Below are positions 28,394 to 38,083 of a stretch of DNA of 64,000 nucleotides, piece after piece. Below the pieces are notes generated by a model. The model worked only from the letters and a program-made list of their open reading frames with translations. It made no database searches and was not told where the DNA came from. The DNA comes from Myxococcales bacterium. GTDB taxonomy: Bacteria > Myxococcota_A > Polyangia > GCA-2747355. Position numbers and translations under genes: made by a program. Where the stretch lies: assembly GCA_020431405.1 (NCBI GenBank), contig JAGQIK010000352.1, forward strand, positions 5,316 through 69,315. The letters are read 5' to 3'. Position 1 is the stretch's first letter. The number at the start of each line of letters is the position of its first letter.

Positions 28394-29605
28394 CTAAAGA
28401 CCCGTCGATCGCACCGGGTACTTCTTCGCTGTGCGCCAGGGCACACCCTTGGGCCACCAGCGTGCGATCGGCGGCGGCGACGACGGCTCCACGCTCTCGC
28501 CCGCGCGCGGCGTGACCAGCGTGACGGCTGCGCGCTTGGCCGCGGCGATGGTGCGCTCGATGGGCTCGACCCAGCTGTGCAGCGCGAGGTTGAACGTGCC
28601 CCAGTGCACGGGCAGCAGCACGTGGCCGCGCACGTCGCGATGCGCTTGCACGGCCTGCTCGGGGCCGAGGTGCACGTCGGGCCAGAGCTGATCGTAAGCG
28701 CCGACCTCGATCATCGTGATGTCGAAGGGGCCGAGGCGGCGCCCGATCTCGCTGAAGCGCTTGAACATCGCCGTGTCGCCGCTGTAGTACGCACGGTGCT
28801 TGGGGCCGAGCATCGCCCAGCCCGACCACAGGGTCTTGTCCTTGTCGGTGAGCCAGCGGCCAGAGAAGTGGCGCGCCGGCGTCGAGACGAGCGTGATGCC
28901 TTTGACCTTCGTGCGCTGCCACCAGTCGAGCTCGGTGATGCGCTCCGCGGCGATGTCCCAGTAGCGCAGGTGCGAGCCGACACCCAGCGGCACGATGAAG
29001 CGCAGCCCTTTGCGTTTGGCGAGCTCGATGATGGTCGGATGGTCGAGGTGGTCGTAGTGATCGTGCGAGATGACCACGGCGTCGACGCGCTCGAGCTTCG
29101 CCAGCGCGATCGGCGGCTGGTGAAAGCGCTGGGGCCCAAGCCAAGTGAACGGAGAGGTGCGCTTGCCCCACACCGGATCGAGCAGCAGGCGCACCCCGTC
29201 GATCTCGACAAACAGCGTCGAGTGGCCGAACCAGCTCACGCGAAGCCCACTGGGCGGCGCGCTGGCGAAGTCGGCGCGCGCGCGTTTTCGGACCGGCGGC
29301 GGTTGCTCGGGCTCACCGTGCTCGACGCCGGTGACCCAGCGCTTGAGCATCGTCCAGTAGCTGCCGCGCACCTCGGGCAGCGCGTTGAAGAAGCGCCCCT
29401 CGCGAAAGTGCTTCGAGCGCGAGATGCGCGTCAGGTGTTGGCCGTGCGGCGCTTTGCCGGCGGGCACGCGCGCGTCGATGGCGAGCGCGCCGAGCAGCAC
29501 CACGATCGCGCCGAAGAGGTAGCCCACGCGCCGCAGCCAGCGGCGCGCCCGCGAACGCTTGGCACTGCGCGTACCGGCACTGCGCGTACCGTCACTGCGC
29601 GTCAT
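28394..29605 (-). CDS. MBL-fold metallo-hydrolase (NAPE-PLD-like) with N-terminal membrane anchor
   Basis: ISHDHYDHLD zinc-binding motif; TM segment VGYLFGAIVVLLGALAI; N-terminal TRSDGTRSAGTRSA encoded by a 15-nt tandem repeat. Confidence 0.75.
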   Translation of the reverse strand: MTRSDGTRSAGTRSAKRSRARRWLRRVGYLFGAIVVLLGALAIDARVPAGKAPHGQHLTRISRSKHFREGRFFNALPEVRGSYWTMLKRWVTGVEHGEPEQPPPVRKRARADFASAPPSGLRVSWFGHSTLFVEIDGVRLLLDPVWGKRTSPFTWLGPQRFHQPPIALAKLERVDAVVISHDHYDHLDHPTIIELAKRKGLRFIVPLGVGSHLRYWDIAAERITELDWWQRTKVKGITLVSTPARHFSGRWLTDKDKTLWSGWAMLGPKHRAYYSGDTAMFKRFSEIGRRLGPFDITMIEVGAYDQLWPDVHLGPEQAVQAHRDVRGHVLLPVHWGTFNLALHSWVEPIERTIAAAKRAAVTLVTPRAGESVEPSSPPPIARWWPKGVPWRTAKKYPVRSTGL

Positions 29606-29621
29606 GCGCGGGAGATGCTCA

Positions 29622-30050
29622 CTAAGGGCAGGTCCCCTGAGCGCCGTTGCCGGCGATACACGCTAGCCCGCTCGGGCAGCCCGCGTTCTCGCAGCAGTAC
29701 ACAGGCGGCGTCGCCGGTGTGCACACGCTGTTGATGCAGTCGGAGCCCTGCGTGCAGCCGCAGGCGTTGATACAGGTGGTGAGCGCGAGGTCGCGTGTCG
29801 TGTCGGGAGCGCTGACCCCGTCCACCGTCGCATCGACGACCGCTGTGTCGGTGGCTGCGTCAACGGTTACGCCGTCGCCTACGCCCATGTCGCTCGAAGA
29901 GTCGACGTCCGAGTCAACGTTCTTGCCGGGCTTCGTGGAGGGCAAGTTGCCGAGCGATCCAGGGATGCGCGGCGGGGAGCTCGAGTTGCTGCAGGCCGCG
30001 ATCGCCAGGCCGATCAAGGCCAGCGCGACAAAGGAGGTAAGCGTACGCAT
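29622..30050 (-). CDS. small Cys-rich lipoprotein
   Basis: Lipobox ALIGLAIAACSNSS; Asp/Val-rich linker; C-terminal 10-Cys module CINACGCTQGSDCINSVCTP...CCENAGCPSGLACIAG. Confidence 0.55.
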   Translation of the reverse strand: MRTLTSFVALALIGLAIAACSNSSSPPRIPGSLGNLPSTKPGKNVDSDVDSSSDMGVGDGVTVDAATDTAVVDATVDGVSAPDTTRDLALTTCINACGCTQGSDCINSVCTPATPPVYCCENAGCPSGLACIAGNGAQGTCP

Positions 30051-30130
30051 GACATCAGCAGTCTATCGCAATTCGACTGGATATTCCCTTCGGCGGCGAG
30101 ATCACGGAGCGCCCACCGTATTATTGCGGC

Positions 30131-30688
30131 ATGGCAAACGACTGGCTGAGAGATGTTGGCGAGGCCTTCGAGCGCATCGGTCGCGGCGCCAAGGCCGTCG
30201 CTGATGACGTACGCAAGGTGGTTGGTATCGGCGTTGGGACGATCAAGCTCGAGCTGCAGCAGCTCGACTACACGCCGGGTGACGTGATCCTCGGCGAGCT
30301 GCGCTTGCAGCTCAGCGAGCCGACCGACGCCAAGCGCGTGGTGGTGGCGCTCGTCGGCACCCGCGACAAGACGACCTACGACAAGGTGGACGGTCGCCGC
30401 ATCCCGCGCACCCACACCGAGACCGTCTACGAGCTCGAGCGCGAGGTCGGCGGCGAGGCGCGTTACCTCGACGAGGTGCTGCCCTTCGAGCTCGTCGTGC
30501 CGAGCGACGCCACGGCACCGCGCCCCGAGATCACCTCCGACGGCTGGGTCGGCGACGTGGCGCGCATCGTCACGTCTGTGGCGAGCGCCGTGCGCAAGCC
30601 GATCCAGTGGCGCGTCGTCGCCTTCGTCGACATCCCGTGGCGCCGCAACGTCAAGGCGCGCGTCGACATCGGTGTCGTCGAGCGCTGA
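30131..30688 (+). CDS. hypothetical protein
   Basis: 185-aa ORF with plausible amino-acid composition, no motif recognised. Confidence 0.4.
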   Translation: MANDWLRDVGEAFERIGRGAKAVADDVRKVVGIGVGTIKLELQQLDYTPGDVILGELRLQLSEPTDAKRVVVALVGTRDKTTYDKVDGRRIPRTHTETVYELEREVGGEARYLDEVLPFELVVPSDATAPRPEITSDGWVGDVARIVTSVASAVRKPIQWRVVAFVDIPWRRNVKARVDIGVVER

Positions 30689-30857
30689 GCGCACCCCCCC
30701 ACCTGAAGCCCCCCCCCGCCACAGATTTCTGAGGGCTGATCCCTATCAGCTCGCAGCACAAGTCGGCACACGACCACGTCCTTTCAAGGAGATACAATCG
30801 GCGCAGGCATTGCACGTGCGAGGCGTGGTTTTTCGCCGGCACGTCAAAGGGGTTTTC

Positions 30858-32396
30858 ATGCGTTCGAGCAGCAGCTCAACTCACAAGGGTCTATTCATCG
30901 CGGGCATCGCAGCGCTGACCATCGCGCTGCCAGCCCGCCCGGCCGACGCCTTCTGTGGCTTCTATGTCGGCGGCGCCGGCGCGGACATGTTCGCGGATGC
31001 GACCCAGGTCGTGATGATGCGGCAGGGCACGACCACCGTCTTGACCATGCAGAACCGATACGATGGGCCGCTGTCGAGCTTCGCCATGATCGTGCCCATC
31101 CCCGAGGTGCTGCAGAAGGAGCAGGTCAAGACGCTCGAACCGGAGATCTTCAAGAAGGTCGACACGCTGACCTCCCCGCGCCTGGTCGAGTACTGGGAGC
31201 AGGACCCTTGCCGGCCGCCCATCGAGGACGACGCGCGCAACTTCGCGCCCAGCGCCCCGGGCAGCACGCAGAACTCGGGCGGCGGCGTCACGGTCGAGGC
31301 CAAGTTCGCAGTCGGCGAGTACGAGATCGTCGTGCTCTCCACCAACGAGTCGACGGCCCTCGAGAACTGGCTCAAGGCCAACAACTACGCCATCCCCGCG
31401 GGGGCCTCGAGCTACCTCGCACCTTACGTCCAGGGCGGCAGCTACTTCTTCGCCGCCAAGGTCGACGTCAAGAAGGTCAAGTTCGTCGACGGGCGCGCCG
31501 TGCTCAGCCCGCTGCGCTTTCACTACGACTCGAAGGACTTCAAGCTGCCCGTGCGCCTCGGCATGATCAACTCGCAGGGCAAGCAGGACCTCATCGTCTA
31601 CCTGCTCGGAGAGAACCAGCGCTACGAGCTGCAGAACTACCCCAACATCACCATCCCCACCAACATCGAGGTCGCCAACGAGGTGCGCGACGACTTCGGC
31701 GCCTTCTACCGCAAGCTCTTCGCCGAGACCGTGCGCCAGAATCCCAAGGCGGCAGTCACCGAGTACTCGTGGGCCTCGAGCAGCTGCGACCCGTGCCCCG
31801 GCCCCGTACGCCTGACGGCGAGCGACGTGGCGACGCTCGGCGCCGACGTGATCGAGCAGCAGTCCGGCACCCAGCCCGGCTCCTCGTGGCGCAACTGGGT
31901 CATCACGCGCATCCACATGCGCTACAGCAAGGACGAGGTCGGCGAGGACCTGGTGTTCCGCAAGGCGCCGCCGATCGTTGGCGGGCGCGAGATCAAGGTC
32001 AACGGCAAGCTCGAGAAGGGCTCGTCGCCGTCGCAGAGCAACAACTTCCAGGCGCGCTATATCATCCGCCACCGCTGGACCGGGACCATCGGCTGCTTCA
32101 CGCCGCAGTACGGCACCTGGGGCGGCGATCCCAAGAACGCCGGCAGCGGGCCTTCGGTCAGCTCGGCGTTGAGCCCCAACTCCACCGGCGCCAGCGTCGG
32201 CAACGATCCGGCGGCTGGACCAGCGCTCGAGAACCTCGTGCGCGAAGAGGTCACCGAGCTCAAGATCAAGCCGCTGCTCTCGAGCGGCGGCTGCTCCATC
32301 GGCGGCAATGACGCGCTGATCATCCCCACGCTGGCGCTCGTGGTGGGGCTCGTCGTGTTCGGCAGCGTCCGACGTCGCCGTCGCCAGCGCCGCTAG
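30858..32396 (+). CDS. secreted conserved hypothetical protein with MYXO-CTERM-like C-terminal sorting tail
   Basis: AAAGGGG RBS before ATG 30858; signal MRSSSSSTHKGLFIAGIAALTIALPARPADA; C-terminus SSGGCSIGGNDALIIPTLALVVGLVVFGSVRRRRRQRR (Cys + TM + Arg cluster); 62 upstream codons in track rejected. Confidence 0.65.
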   Translation: MRSSSSSTHKGLFIAGIAALTIALPARPADAFCGFYVGGAGADMFADATQVVMMRQGTTTVLTMQNRYDGPLSSFAMIVPIPEVLQKEQVKTLEPEIFKKVDTLTSPRLVEYWEQDPCRPPIEDDARNFAPSAPGSTQNSGGGVTVEAKFAVGEYEIVVLSTNESTALENWLKANNYAIPAGASSYLAPYVQGGSYFFAAKVDVKKVKFVDGRAVLSPLRFHYDSKDFKLPVRLGMINSQGKQDLIVYLLGENQRYELQNYPNITIPTNIEVANEVRDDFGAFYRKLFAETVRQNPKAAVTEYSWASSSCDPCPGPVRLTASDVATLGADVIEQQSGTQPGSSWRNWVITRIHMRYSKDEVGEDLVFRKAPPIVGGREIKVNGKLEKGSSPSQSNNFQARYIIRHRWTGTIGCFTPQYGTWGGDPKNAGSGPSVSSALSPNSTGASVGNDPAAGPALENLVREEVTELKIKPLLSSGGCSIGGNDALIIPTLALVVGLVVFGSVRRRRRQRR

Positions 32397-32404
32397 GTCC
32401 GCGC

Positions 32405-34579
32405 ATGAAAAGGCGGTGGGGGTCGCTGGCAGCGTTGGCGGCGCTCGCGCTGCTGCTTTCGCTGCCGGCCTGCGAGGAGCGGGGCTCGAAGTCGGCGCGG
32501 GCGGCCAAGCGCGTACGGGCTGGCAGCGCAGGCGGCACGCAAGCGATAGCGAAGTCATCGGCGCCGCCCGTCGCGCGGCGCGCCGTGACGCCGCGCGCGC
32601 CAGCGCGTTTCGGTCCAGCGCTCACCCGGCTGCAAGGCGCTTACGACCGCAAGGTTCATAGCGAGACGAAGGTCTGCGCGCCGTGCCACGCGCAGATCTA
32701 CGCTCAGTGGCGCGAGAGCGTGCACGCCTTCGCCTCGCTGAGCAATCCGTACTACCGCACGGCCTTCGACGCCTTCGTCAAGAGCCCGGCCGGCAGCAAG
32801 CGCAACTTCTGCGGCGGCTGCCACGATCCCGCGCTGATGCTGAGCGGCAAGATGGCCGCCGCCGACTTCAGCTCGGACAAAGTGGCCGATGATCGCCTCG
32901 CGCACGTCGGCGTGACGTGCATGACTTGCCATGGCATCGCCAAGGCGAGCACAGACGGTAACGCCAGTTACACGCTCGACACCAGCGCCGTTCCGATCCC
33001 GAAGAAGGGCGACAAGGCGTCGTTGAAGGCGCACCTGGCGCGCGTCGGCGGCAAGGCGCTGCGCATGCCGTCGCTGTGCGCGTCCTGTCACGTCGGCTTT
33101 CTCTCCAAACGCAGCGGGCACGCCGCCAGCGTCACCGGGCTCGACGAGCACGGCAACTGGCGCCGCTCGGGCTACGCAGGCAACAAGCTGACGCGTCTCG
33201 ATCGCGTCGAGGCCAAGACCTGCGTCGGCTGCCACATGAAGAAGGTCAAGGGGCTCGCCTCGCATCGCTTCGCCGGCGGCCACTCGGCGCTCGCGGCGGC
33301 CATCGGCTCGGCCGAGCAGCTCGCCGCCGTGCGCGCGATGGTCAAGTCCGCCGCGCGCGTCAACGTGGCGAGCTACCGCCTGCAAAAGCGCAAAGGCAAG
33401 ATGCCGGCTCGGCTTTGGATCGACGTCGTGATCTACAACAGCGGCACGGGTCATCGCTTCCCCGGCGGCGCGCTCGACCTGCGCGACACCTGGCTCAAGC
33501 TCGAGCTGCTCGACGCCAAGGGCAAACGGATCGCCAGCGCGGGCACGCGCTACGAGCGCGACACCGCCGATACGACGGCGCTGCTGCTCAAGGCCAGCGT
33601 GGCCACGGTTGGCGGAAAGATCGTCGAAGGGCATCAGGTGGGCAGCTTCCGCGCGCCGGTGGCCGACCGTTCGATCGCGCCGCGCGACGCGCTGGTCGTG
33701 CGCTATCGCCACGACGTCGCAGCCGGCGCCAAGGCGCTCGTCTTCCCGCTGCGCGTGCGCGCGCGCCTGCGCCATCGCCGCCTCGCCAAGGTCGCCTACG
33801 ACGCCGCCTGCGCGCAGTCCAAGACGCCGCGAGGCAAGCGCTTCCGGCGCGCCACCAAGAAGCACCTGGGCTTCGATGTCGACGCCTGCGCAGCGCAGCC
33901 GGTGATCGAGGTCGCGCGCGCCGAGGCGACGCTCGTCGCCGGCAAGCAGCGCGTCAGCGCGCGCTGGGACGTCAACTACCAGCACGGGCTCGGCCTATTG
34001 CATCAGGTCTCCGAGGCCACCGACGAGGCGCGCGCCGCGTTCGAGCACGCGTTGACGCTGACGCCCGACAAGGCACTGCGCGCGCGAGCGATGTGGGGCC
34101 TCGGCTCGGTCTCGGCGCGCCAGAACCGCACCGACGAGGCGCTGCGCTGGTTCGCCAAGGCGCAAGCGCTGGTCGGGGCGCAGCCGGCGCTCGACTTCGC
34201 GCGCGCGCGCGCCGAGCAGCGGCGCTTCCACCATCGCGCCGCGCTCGGCCACTACGAGCGCGCCGCCAACAAGAGCCACGACGAGCGCGTTTGGCGCGGC
34301 CTCGGCACCTGCGCCGGGACCGTCTTCGACGCCAACCGCAGCCTCGGCGCCGCACACCGCGGCCTCGCGCTCGAGCCGCGCGACCCGGATCTTCTGCGCC
34401 TGCAGCTGCTCGCGCTGCGTCGGCTCGGCGCGCCCGCCGCGCAGATCGCCGCCGCCGCCAGCGCCTTCGACAGCCACAAGCGCGATGAAGCGTTCGGTGC
34501 AATCCGCGACCGCTGCCTCAAGGACCAGGCGCGCTGCCGGCGCGAGCGTCAGCCGATCCCGATCATCACCCTGCGCTAG
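32405..34579 (+). CDS. multihaem c-type cytochrome (5 CXXCH) lipoprotein with C-terminal TPR-like region
   Basis: Lipobox LALLLSLPACEE; CAPCH, CGGCH, CMTCH, CASCH, CVGCH; C-terminal helical repeat region (ALTLTPDKALRARAMWGLGSV...). Confidence 0.7.
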   Translation: MKRRWGSLAALAALALLLSLPACEERGSKSARAAKRVRAGSAGGTQAIAKSSAPPVARRAVTPRAPARFGPALTRLQGAYDRKVHSETKVCAPCHAQIYAQWRESVHAFASLSNPYYRTAFDAFVKSPAGSKRNFCGGCHDPALMLSGKMAAADFSSDKVADDRLAHVGVTCMTCHGIAKASTDGNASYTLDTSAVPIPKKGDKASLKAHLARVGGKALRMPSLCASCHVGFLSKRSGHAASVTGLDEHGNWRRSGYAGNKLTRLDRVEAKTCVGCHMKKVKGLASHRFAGGHSALAAAIGSAEQLAAVRAMVKSAARVNVASYRLQKRKGKMPARLWIDVVIYNSGTGHRFPGGALDLRDTWLKLELLDAKGKRIASAGTRYERDTADTTALLLKASVATVGGKIVEGHQVGSFRAPVADRSIAPRDALVVRYRHDVAAGAKALVFPLRVRARLRHRRLAKVAYDAACAQSKTPRGKRFRRATKKHLGFDVDACAAQPVIEVARAEATLVAGKQRVSARWDVNYQHGLGLLHQVSEATDEARAAFEHALTLTPDKALRARAMWGLGSVSARQNRTDEALRWFAKAQALVGAQPALDFARARAEQRRFHHRAALGHYERAANKSHDERVWRGLGTCAGTVFDANRSLGAAHRGLALEPRDPDLLRLQLLALRRLGAPAAQIAAAASAFDSHKRDEAFGAIRDRCLKDQARCRRERQPIPIITLR

Positions 34580-35763
34580 AGCGCGCAGCCTTGCTCGACG
34601 CAAACGCCGCTACGGATCTGCGCGTTGCCCGCGCCCGGAGCGCACCAGCTCGGATAGAGCGGCGGCAGCGACGACGACAGCGGCGACGTGCCGGTGGCGA
34701 GCCAGTACGGGTGGCGCAGCACGAAGTCCCACAGCGGCGCGAACGCCGTCATGCCGGGCGCGGGGGCGGCGAAGGGCGGCACCGAGTGGTCGCAGTTGTG
34801 CACGCACTCGAGGATGAAGTGTCCGTCGGCGGCGAGCGCCTTCTCGAGGTTTTTCGAGGCGCCGTCGAAGTCGGTCAGCACGCAAGTGTCCTTGGGCCCG
34901 CCCCACAGCACGAGCGCCGGCAGCGCCCGCTGTGCCTTGGTCCACGGCAGCAGCAGGTTGTTGAGCACGCCGTTGCCTGGACCGGCGACGCCGCCCGAGG
35001 CCGAGATGAACGACGAGAGGTAGAAGCTGCGCACGCTGGCGAGCTGCGCCACGTAGAGCGCGCCGGCGCTGACGCCGAAGCCGGCGACGCACTCGCGGTT
35101 GATGGCGAACTGCTTCGATACGCAGGCGAGCATGTCGTCGAAGAACGTGTGCTCCTCGTCGCGGCGCGCCTGGTTGGCCGAGTCGACGGTGATCGGCCAC
35201 GGCAGGTCGCGCAGCCCGAGCAGCTTGAGGTCGCCCTTGGCCTCGGGGATCACGGCGATGAAGCGCTGCTGGTCGGCGGCGTTTTGTACCTCGACGCGCG
35301 TGAGCATCTTGTCGGCGCTGCCGCCGAGCCAGTGCCACATGAAGATCAGCGGGAAGCGCTCGCCTGGCTGCGGGTTGTTGGGCAGCACGAGGATCAGCTC
35401 GCGCTGCGCGCCCGACGAGACGAGGGTGTTGCGGCCGGCGACGAGCGCGGGGCAGGTGCCGCCGCCGTAGGTCGGCGGGGGCGGCGCGGTGGTGGCGCCG
35501 CTGGGTGGCGGCGAGGCGCACATGGTGACGAGGATGTTGCTGTCGGGGCTCGCGTCGGCGCGCGTGCCGTCAGCGGTCGCGTCGCGTGCGTCGCCTGCAG
35601 CGTCGCGCGTGCTGTCCGGTGCGGGCTGGGTGTCGCGCTGCCCGTCGGCGGCGGCCGCGTCGCGCGCGGCGTCGTGTTGGCTGTCGGCGCTCGAGGCGCC
35701 GCTGTCCGCGCAGCCAACGAGCGCGAGTAAGGAGACGGCGAAGGCGGCTCGCGACAACAGCAT
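34576..35763 (-). CDS. alpha/beta-hydrolase (esterase / PHB-depolymerase-like) lipoprotein
   Basis: Lipobox VSLLALVGCADSG; GFGVSAGA (GxSxG nucleophile elbow); stop overlaps the convergent cytochrome stop (CTAG). Confidence 0.6.
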   Translation of the reverse strand: MLLSRAAFAVSLLALVGCADSGASSADSQHDAARDAAAADGQRDTQPAPDSTRDAAGDARDATADGTRADASPDSNILVTMCASPPPSGATTAPPPPTYGGGTCPALVAGRNTLVSSGAQRELILVLPNNPQPGERFPLIFMWHWLGGSADKMLTRVEVQNAADQQRFIAVIPEAKGDLKLLGLRDLPWPITVDSANQARRDEEHTFFDDMLACVSKQFAINRECVAGFGVSAGALYVAQLASVRSFYLSSFISASGGVAGPGNGVLNNLLLPWTKAQRALPALVLWGGPKDTCVLTDFDGASKNLEKALAADGHFILECVHNCDHSVPPFAAPAPGMTAFAPLWDFVLRHPYWLATGTSPLSSSLPPLYPSWCAPGAGNAQIRSGVCVEQGCAL

Positions 35764-35772
35764 CTCTCGATG

Positions 35773-37113
35773 CTATCGCATGCCTATCGCGCTAGCCATG
35801 CGAAGCTCGCGCAGCGCCTCGGCCATCATCGCGTCCACGGCGCCGTCGTAGGCGCTTTCAGGGCGCTGGCGCCGGTGCATCGTGCCCAGCGACGTGTTCC
35901 ACGTGACGAGGCTCTTACCCTGCGGGTTGCGCAGCGAGTTGAACAGCGAGTCGCCGATGAGGTTCATGTCCTCGGGGTCGAGCAGGTTCAGCGCTGGCGC
36001 GCGGCGGCTGCCAAAGCGCTCGTCGAGCCAGCGGCCGACACGATAGAGCCGGTAGCTCGGCACGTAGGGCATCAGGTGATGGGCTGCGTGATGCTCGGTG
36101 AAGGCGTTGCCGAGCACTTCGACGACGCGGCTGAAGTGAATGTCGGAGATGTTGAGCGCCATCAGCTCCACCGCCGGGTTCTCCTGCTCCGGGTAGAGCT
36201 GGTAGGGCGAAAGATGCGTCATGAAGACGGCGAAGAAGAAGGCCATCGCGATCCACAGCGCGGCGATCCAGAACAGCGCCAGGAACGGCGAGACGCCGTA
36301 GAGCGCGAGGGGCAGACAGATCGAGCGCAGCGCCGAGAGCCACGTCTTGGGGCGGCGCCAGTCGCGGTTGCGGAACGCGACCTCGCCGGCGAAGAACACC
36401 ACGATGGGCAAGCCCATCAGCAGCAGGCTCAACAGGTAGAACGCCTGCCGCACGCGGCTGGGGCTTTTGCCCATGGCTTTGGCCGTCGCGTACCACGCCG
36501 CGAGCGGCGAGAGCAGCACGCGCTCGGCGATGCGGCGCGGCAAGCTCTTCGAGCTGTCGCTCTTGACCGACGGCAGCTTGGGGTACTTGGGGTCGTGCTC
36601 GAGCGACTGGCTGTTGCGGTGATGCTCCATGTGCGACTTGTGAAAGCTGTCGTAGTCGAGCAGCACGGCGGGTGCGAGCGCGCCGCCGATGATGCGGTTG
36701 GCGCGCTTGGACGGTACGAACGAGGCGTGTACGCAGTCGTGCACGATCGACAGCACGCCGTACAGCGACACGCCGACGAGCGGCAGCAGCAGCAGCGCGA
36801 GCACGCCGTAGCCGGCGGCGTGAAGGTGAAAGGCTGCGATCATCGGGATCACGATCGCGGCGAGGGTGCGCGTCAGCGTCCACACGCCGCCCCACGTGCT
36901 GGCCACGATCTCGCTGCGCTGCTCGCGCGCGAACGAGCGCACTTCGCTGCGCAGCTCGCGCCGTACTTCGGCGGTGGCGTCGGCGTCCTCGAGCGTGCTC
37001 TGGAACCACTCGAGGTAGGCATCGGCGCTGGCTTGGCGGTTATCGTGGTCGCGGAGCGAGCTCTGCGTCGCGTCGGTCGTCGTCGTCGTCGTCGTCTTTC
37101 TTGTCGTGGCCAT
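35773..37113 (-). CDS. membrane fatty-acid desaturase
   Basis: GGAGGA RBS before ATG 37111-37113; three His boxes HDCVH, HKSHMEHH, HHAAHH; multiple TM segments; Thr-run (TTTTTT) at N-terminus; 43 upstream codons rejected. Confidence 0.85.
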   Translation of the reverse strand: MATTRKTTTTTTTDATQSSLRDHDNRQASADAYLEWFQSTLEDADATAEVRRELRSEVRSFAREQRSEIVASTWGGVWTLTRTLAAIVIPMIAAFHLHAAGYGVLALLLLPLVGVSLYGVLSIVHDCVHASFVPSKRANRIIGGALAPAVLLDYDSFHKSHMEHHRNSQSLEHDPKYPKLPSVKSDSSKSLPRRIAERVLLSPLAAWYATAKAMGKSPSRVRQAFYLLSLLLMGLPIVVFFAGEVAFRNRDWRRPKTWLSALRSICLPLALYGVSPFLALFWIAALWIAMAFFFAVFMTHLSPYQLYPEQENPAVELMALNISDIHFSRVVEVLGNAFTEHHAAHHLMPYVPSYRLYRVGRWLDERFGSRRAPALNLLDPEDMNLIGDSLFNSLRNPQGKSLVTWNTSLGTMHRRQRPESAYDGAVDAMMAEALRELRMASAIGMR

Positions 37114-37276
37114 ATCGCTATCCTCCGCGGCCCCTCGGCCGTCTTCGTTACGGCCACACGCCAGTACACGCGGCGTGCCAGTACACAAGCGGGCGAAATG
37201 AAACGCGCGCGGCGAGACGACGAAGGCGGCGCCTCCTCGCATGTCGGGACTTCCGGAGATGTCAGCAGGGAAGCTG

Positions 37277-38074
37277 CTACTGGCAGCCGAGCAGCTCGTT
37301 GAGGCAGGCGTTGACGACGCAGTTCTGGCACTGATTGGAGGCGGGGATCACGCAGTCGCTCTGGCACTGGTTGGCGATGGCGCCGGTGATGCACGTGTTC
37401 ATCACGCTGAACTGCTGGCGCGCCACCGCCGAGCCGCGCGAGATGCAGCCGCCGATGCAGAGCTGGTCGACGGGGGGGCACTTGTCGATGCAGTCGAGGA
37501 TCTCGCCGCAGGTCAGCGGCGCGCCGAGGTCGGCGCTGCCCATGTCGCCGCCGCCGTCGCCACCCGCGCCGCCGTCGACGAGCACGCCGCCGTCGGGCGC
37601 GGCGATGGTGCCGTAGCAGATGCCGACCTCGCTGGCGCAGGCGGTCTGAACGCAGCCGTCGCACTGCGCGGGCGTGCCGCTCTGGCAGGGTGTGGCACAG
37701 GCGCCGACCAGCGCGCCGTTGATGCAGGCCGCCATGGTGTTGAAGCGCGCGAGGCCGACGGGCGTTCCCGAAGCGAGACAGCCTTGCAGGCACGCGGTGT
37801 CGGCGGGCGAGCAGCTCTGCAGACAGCCCGCGATCTTGGCGCAGTCGGTGAGCGGCGCCGCATCGGGCAGCGGTCCGAAGTCGGCGCGCGCGTCAACGGC
37901 CGGTGCGTCGTCTGCGGAGTCGGGCGTCGCGTCGAGGCCGCTGTCGACGCCGGGTGCGTCGCCCGCGGCGTCGCGCGTGTCAACCGCCGCGTCGAGCCGC
38001 GCGTCGCCTGGCGCCGATGCGTCACCGCAGGCTGCGACCACGAGCAGGATGCCGAGCGGAATGGCGAGCTTCAT
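37277..38074 (-). CDS. Cys-rich lipoprotein
   Basis: Lipobox ILLVVAACGDAS; Asp/Ala-rich linker; two duplicated about 75-aa Cys modules (CAKIAGCLQSCSP..CLQGC.. / CGEILDCIDKCPP..CIGGC..). Confidence 0.6.
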   Translation of the reverse strand: MKLAIPLGILLVVAACGDASAPGDARLDAAVDTRDAAGDAPGVDSGLDATPDSADDAPAVDARADFGPLPDAAPLTDCAKIAGCLQSCSPADTACLQGCLASGTPVGLARFNTMAACINGALVGACATPCQSGTPAQCDGCVQTACASEVGICYGTIAAPDGGVLVDGGAGGDGGGDMGSADLGAPLTCGEILDCIDKCPPVDQLCIGGCISRGSAVARQQFSVMNTCITGAIANQCQSDCVIPASNQCQNCVVNACLNELLGCQ

Positions 38075-38083
38075 CGGTTGATG

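Noticed and set aside
30891-33985. 555-aa and 476-aa minus-strand ORFs
   Set aside because: Antisense to the MYXO-CTERM protein and the cytochrome/TPR gene.
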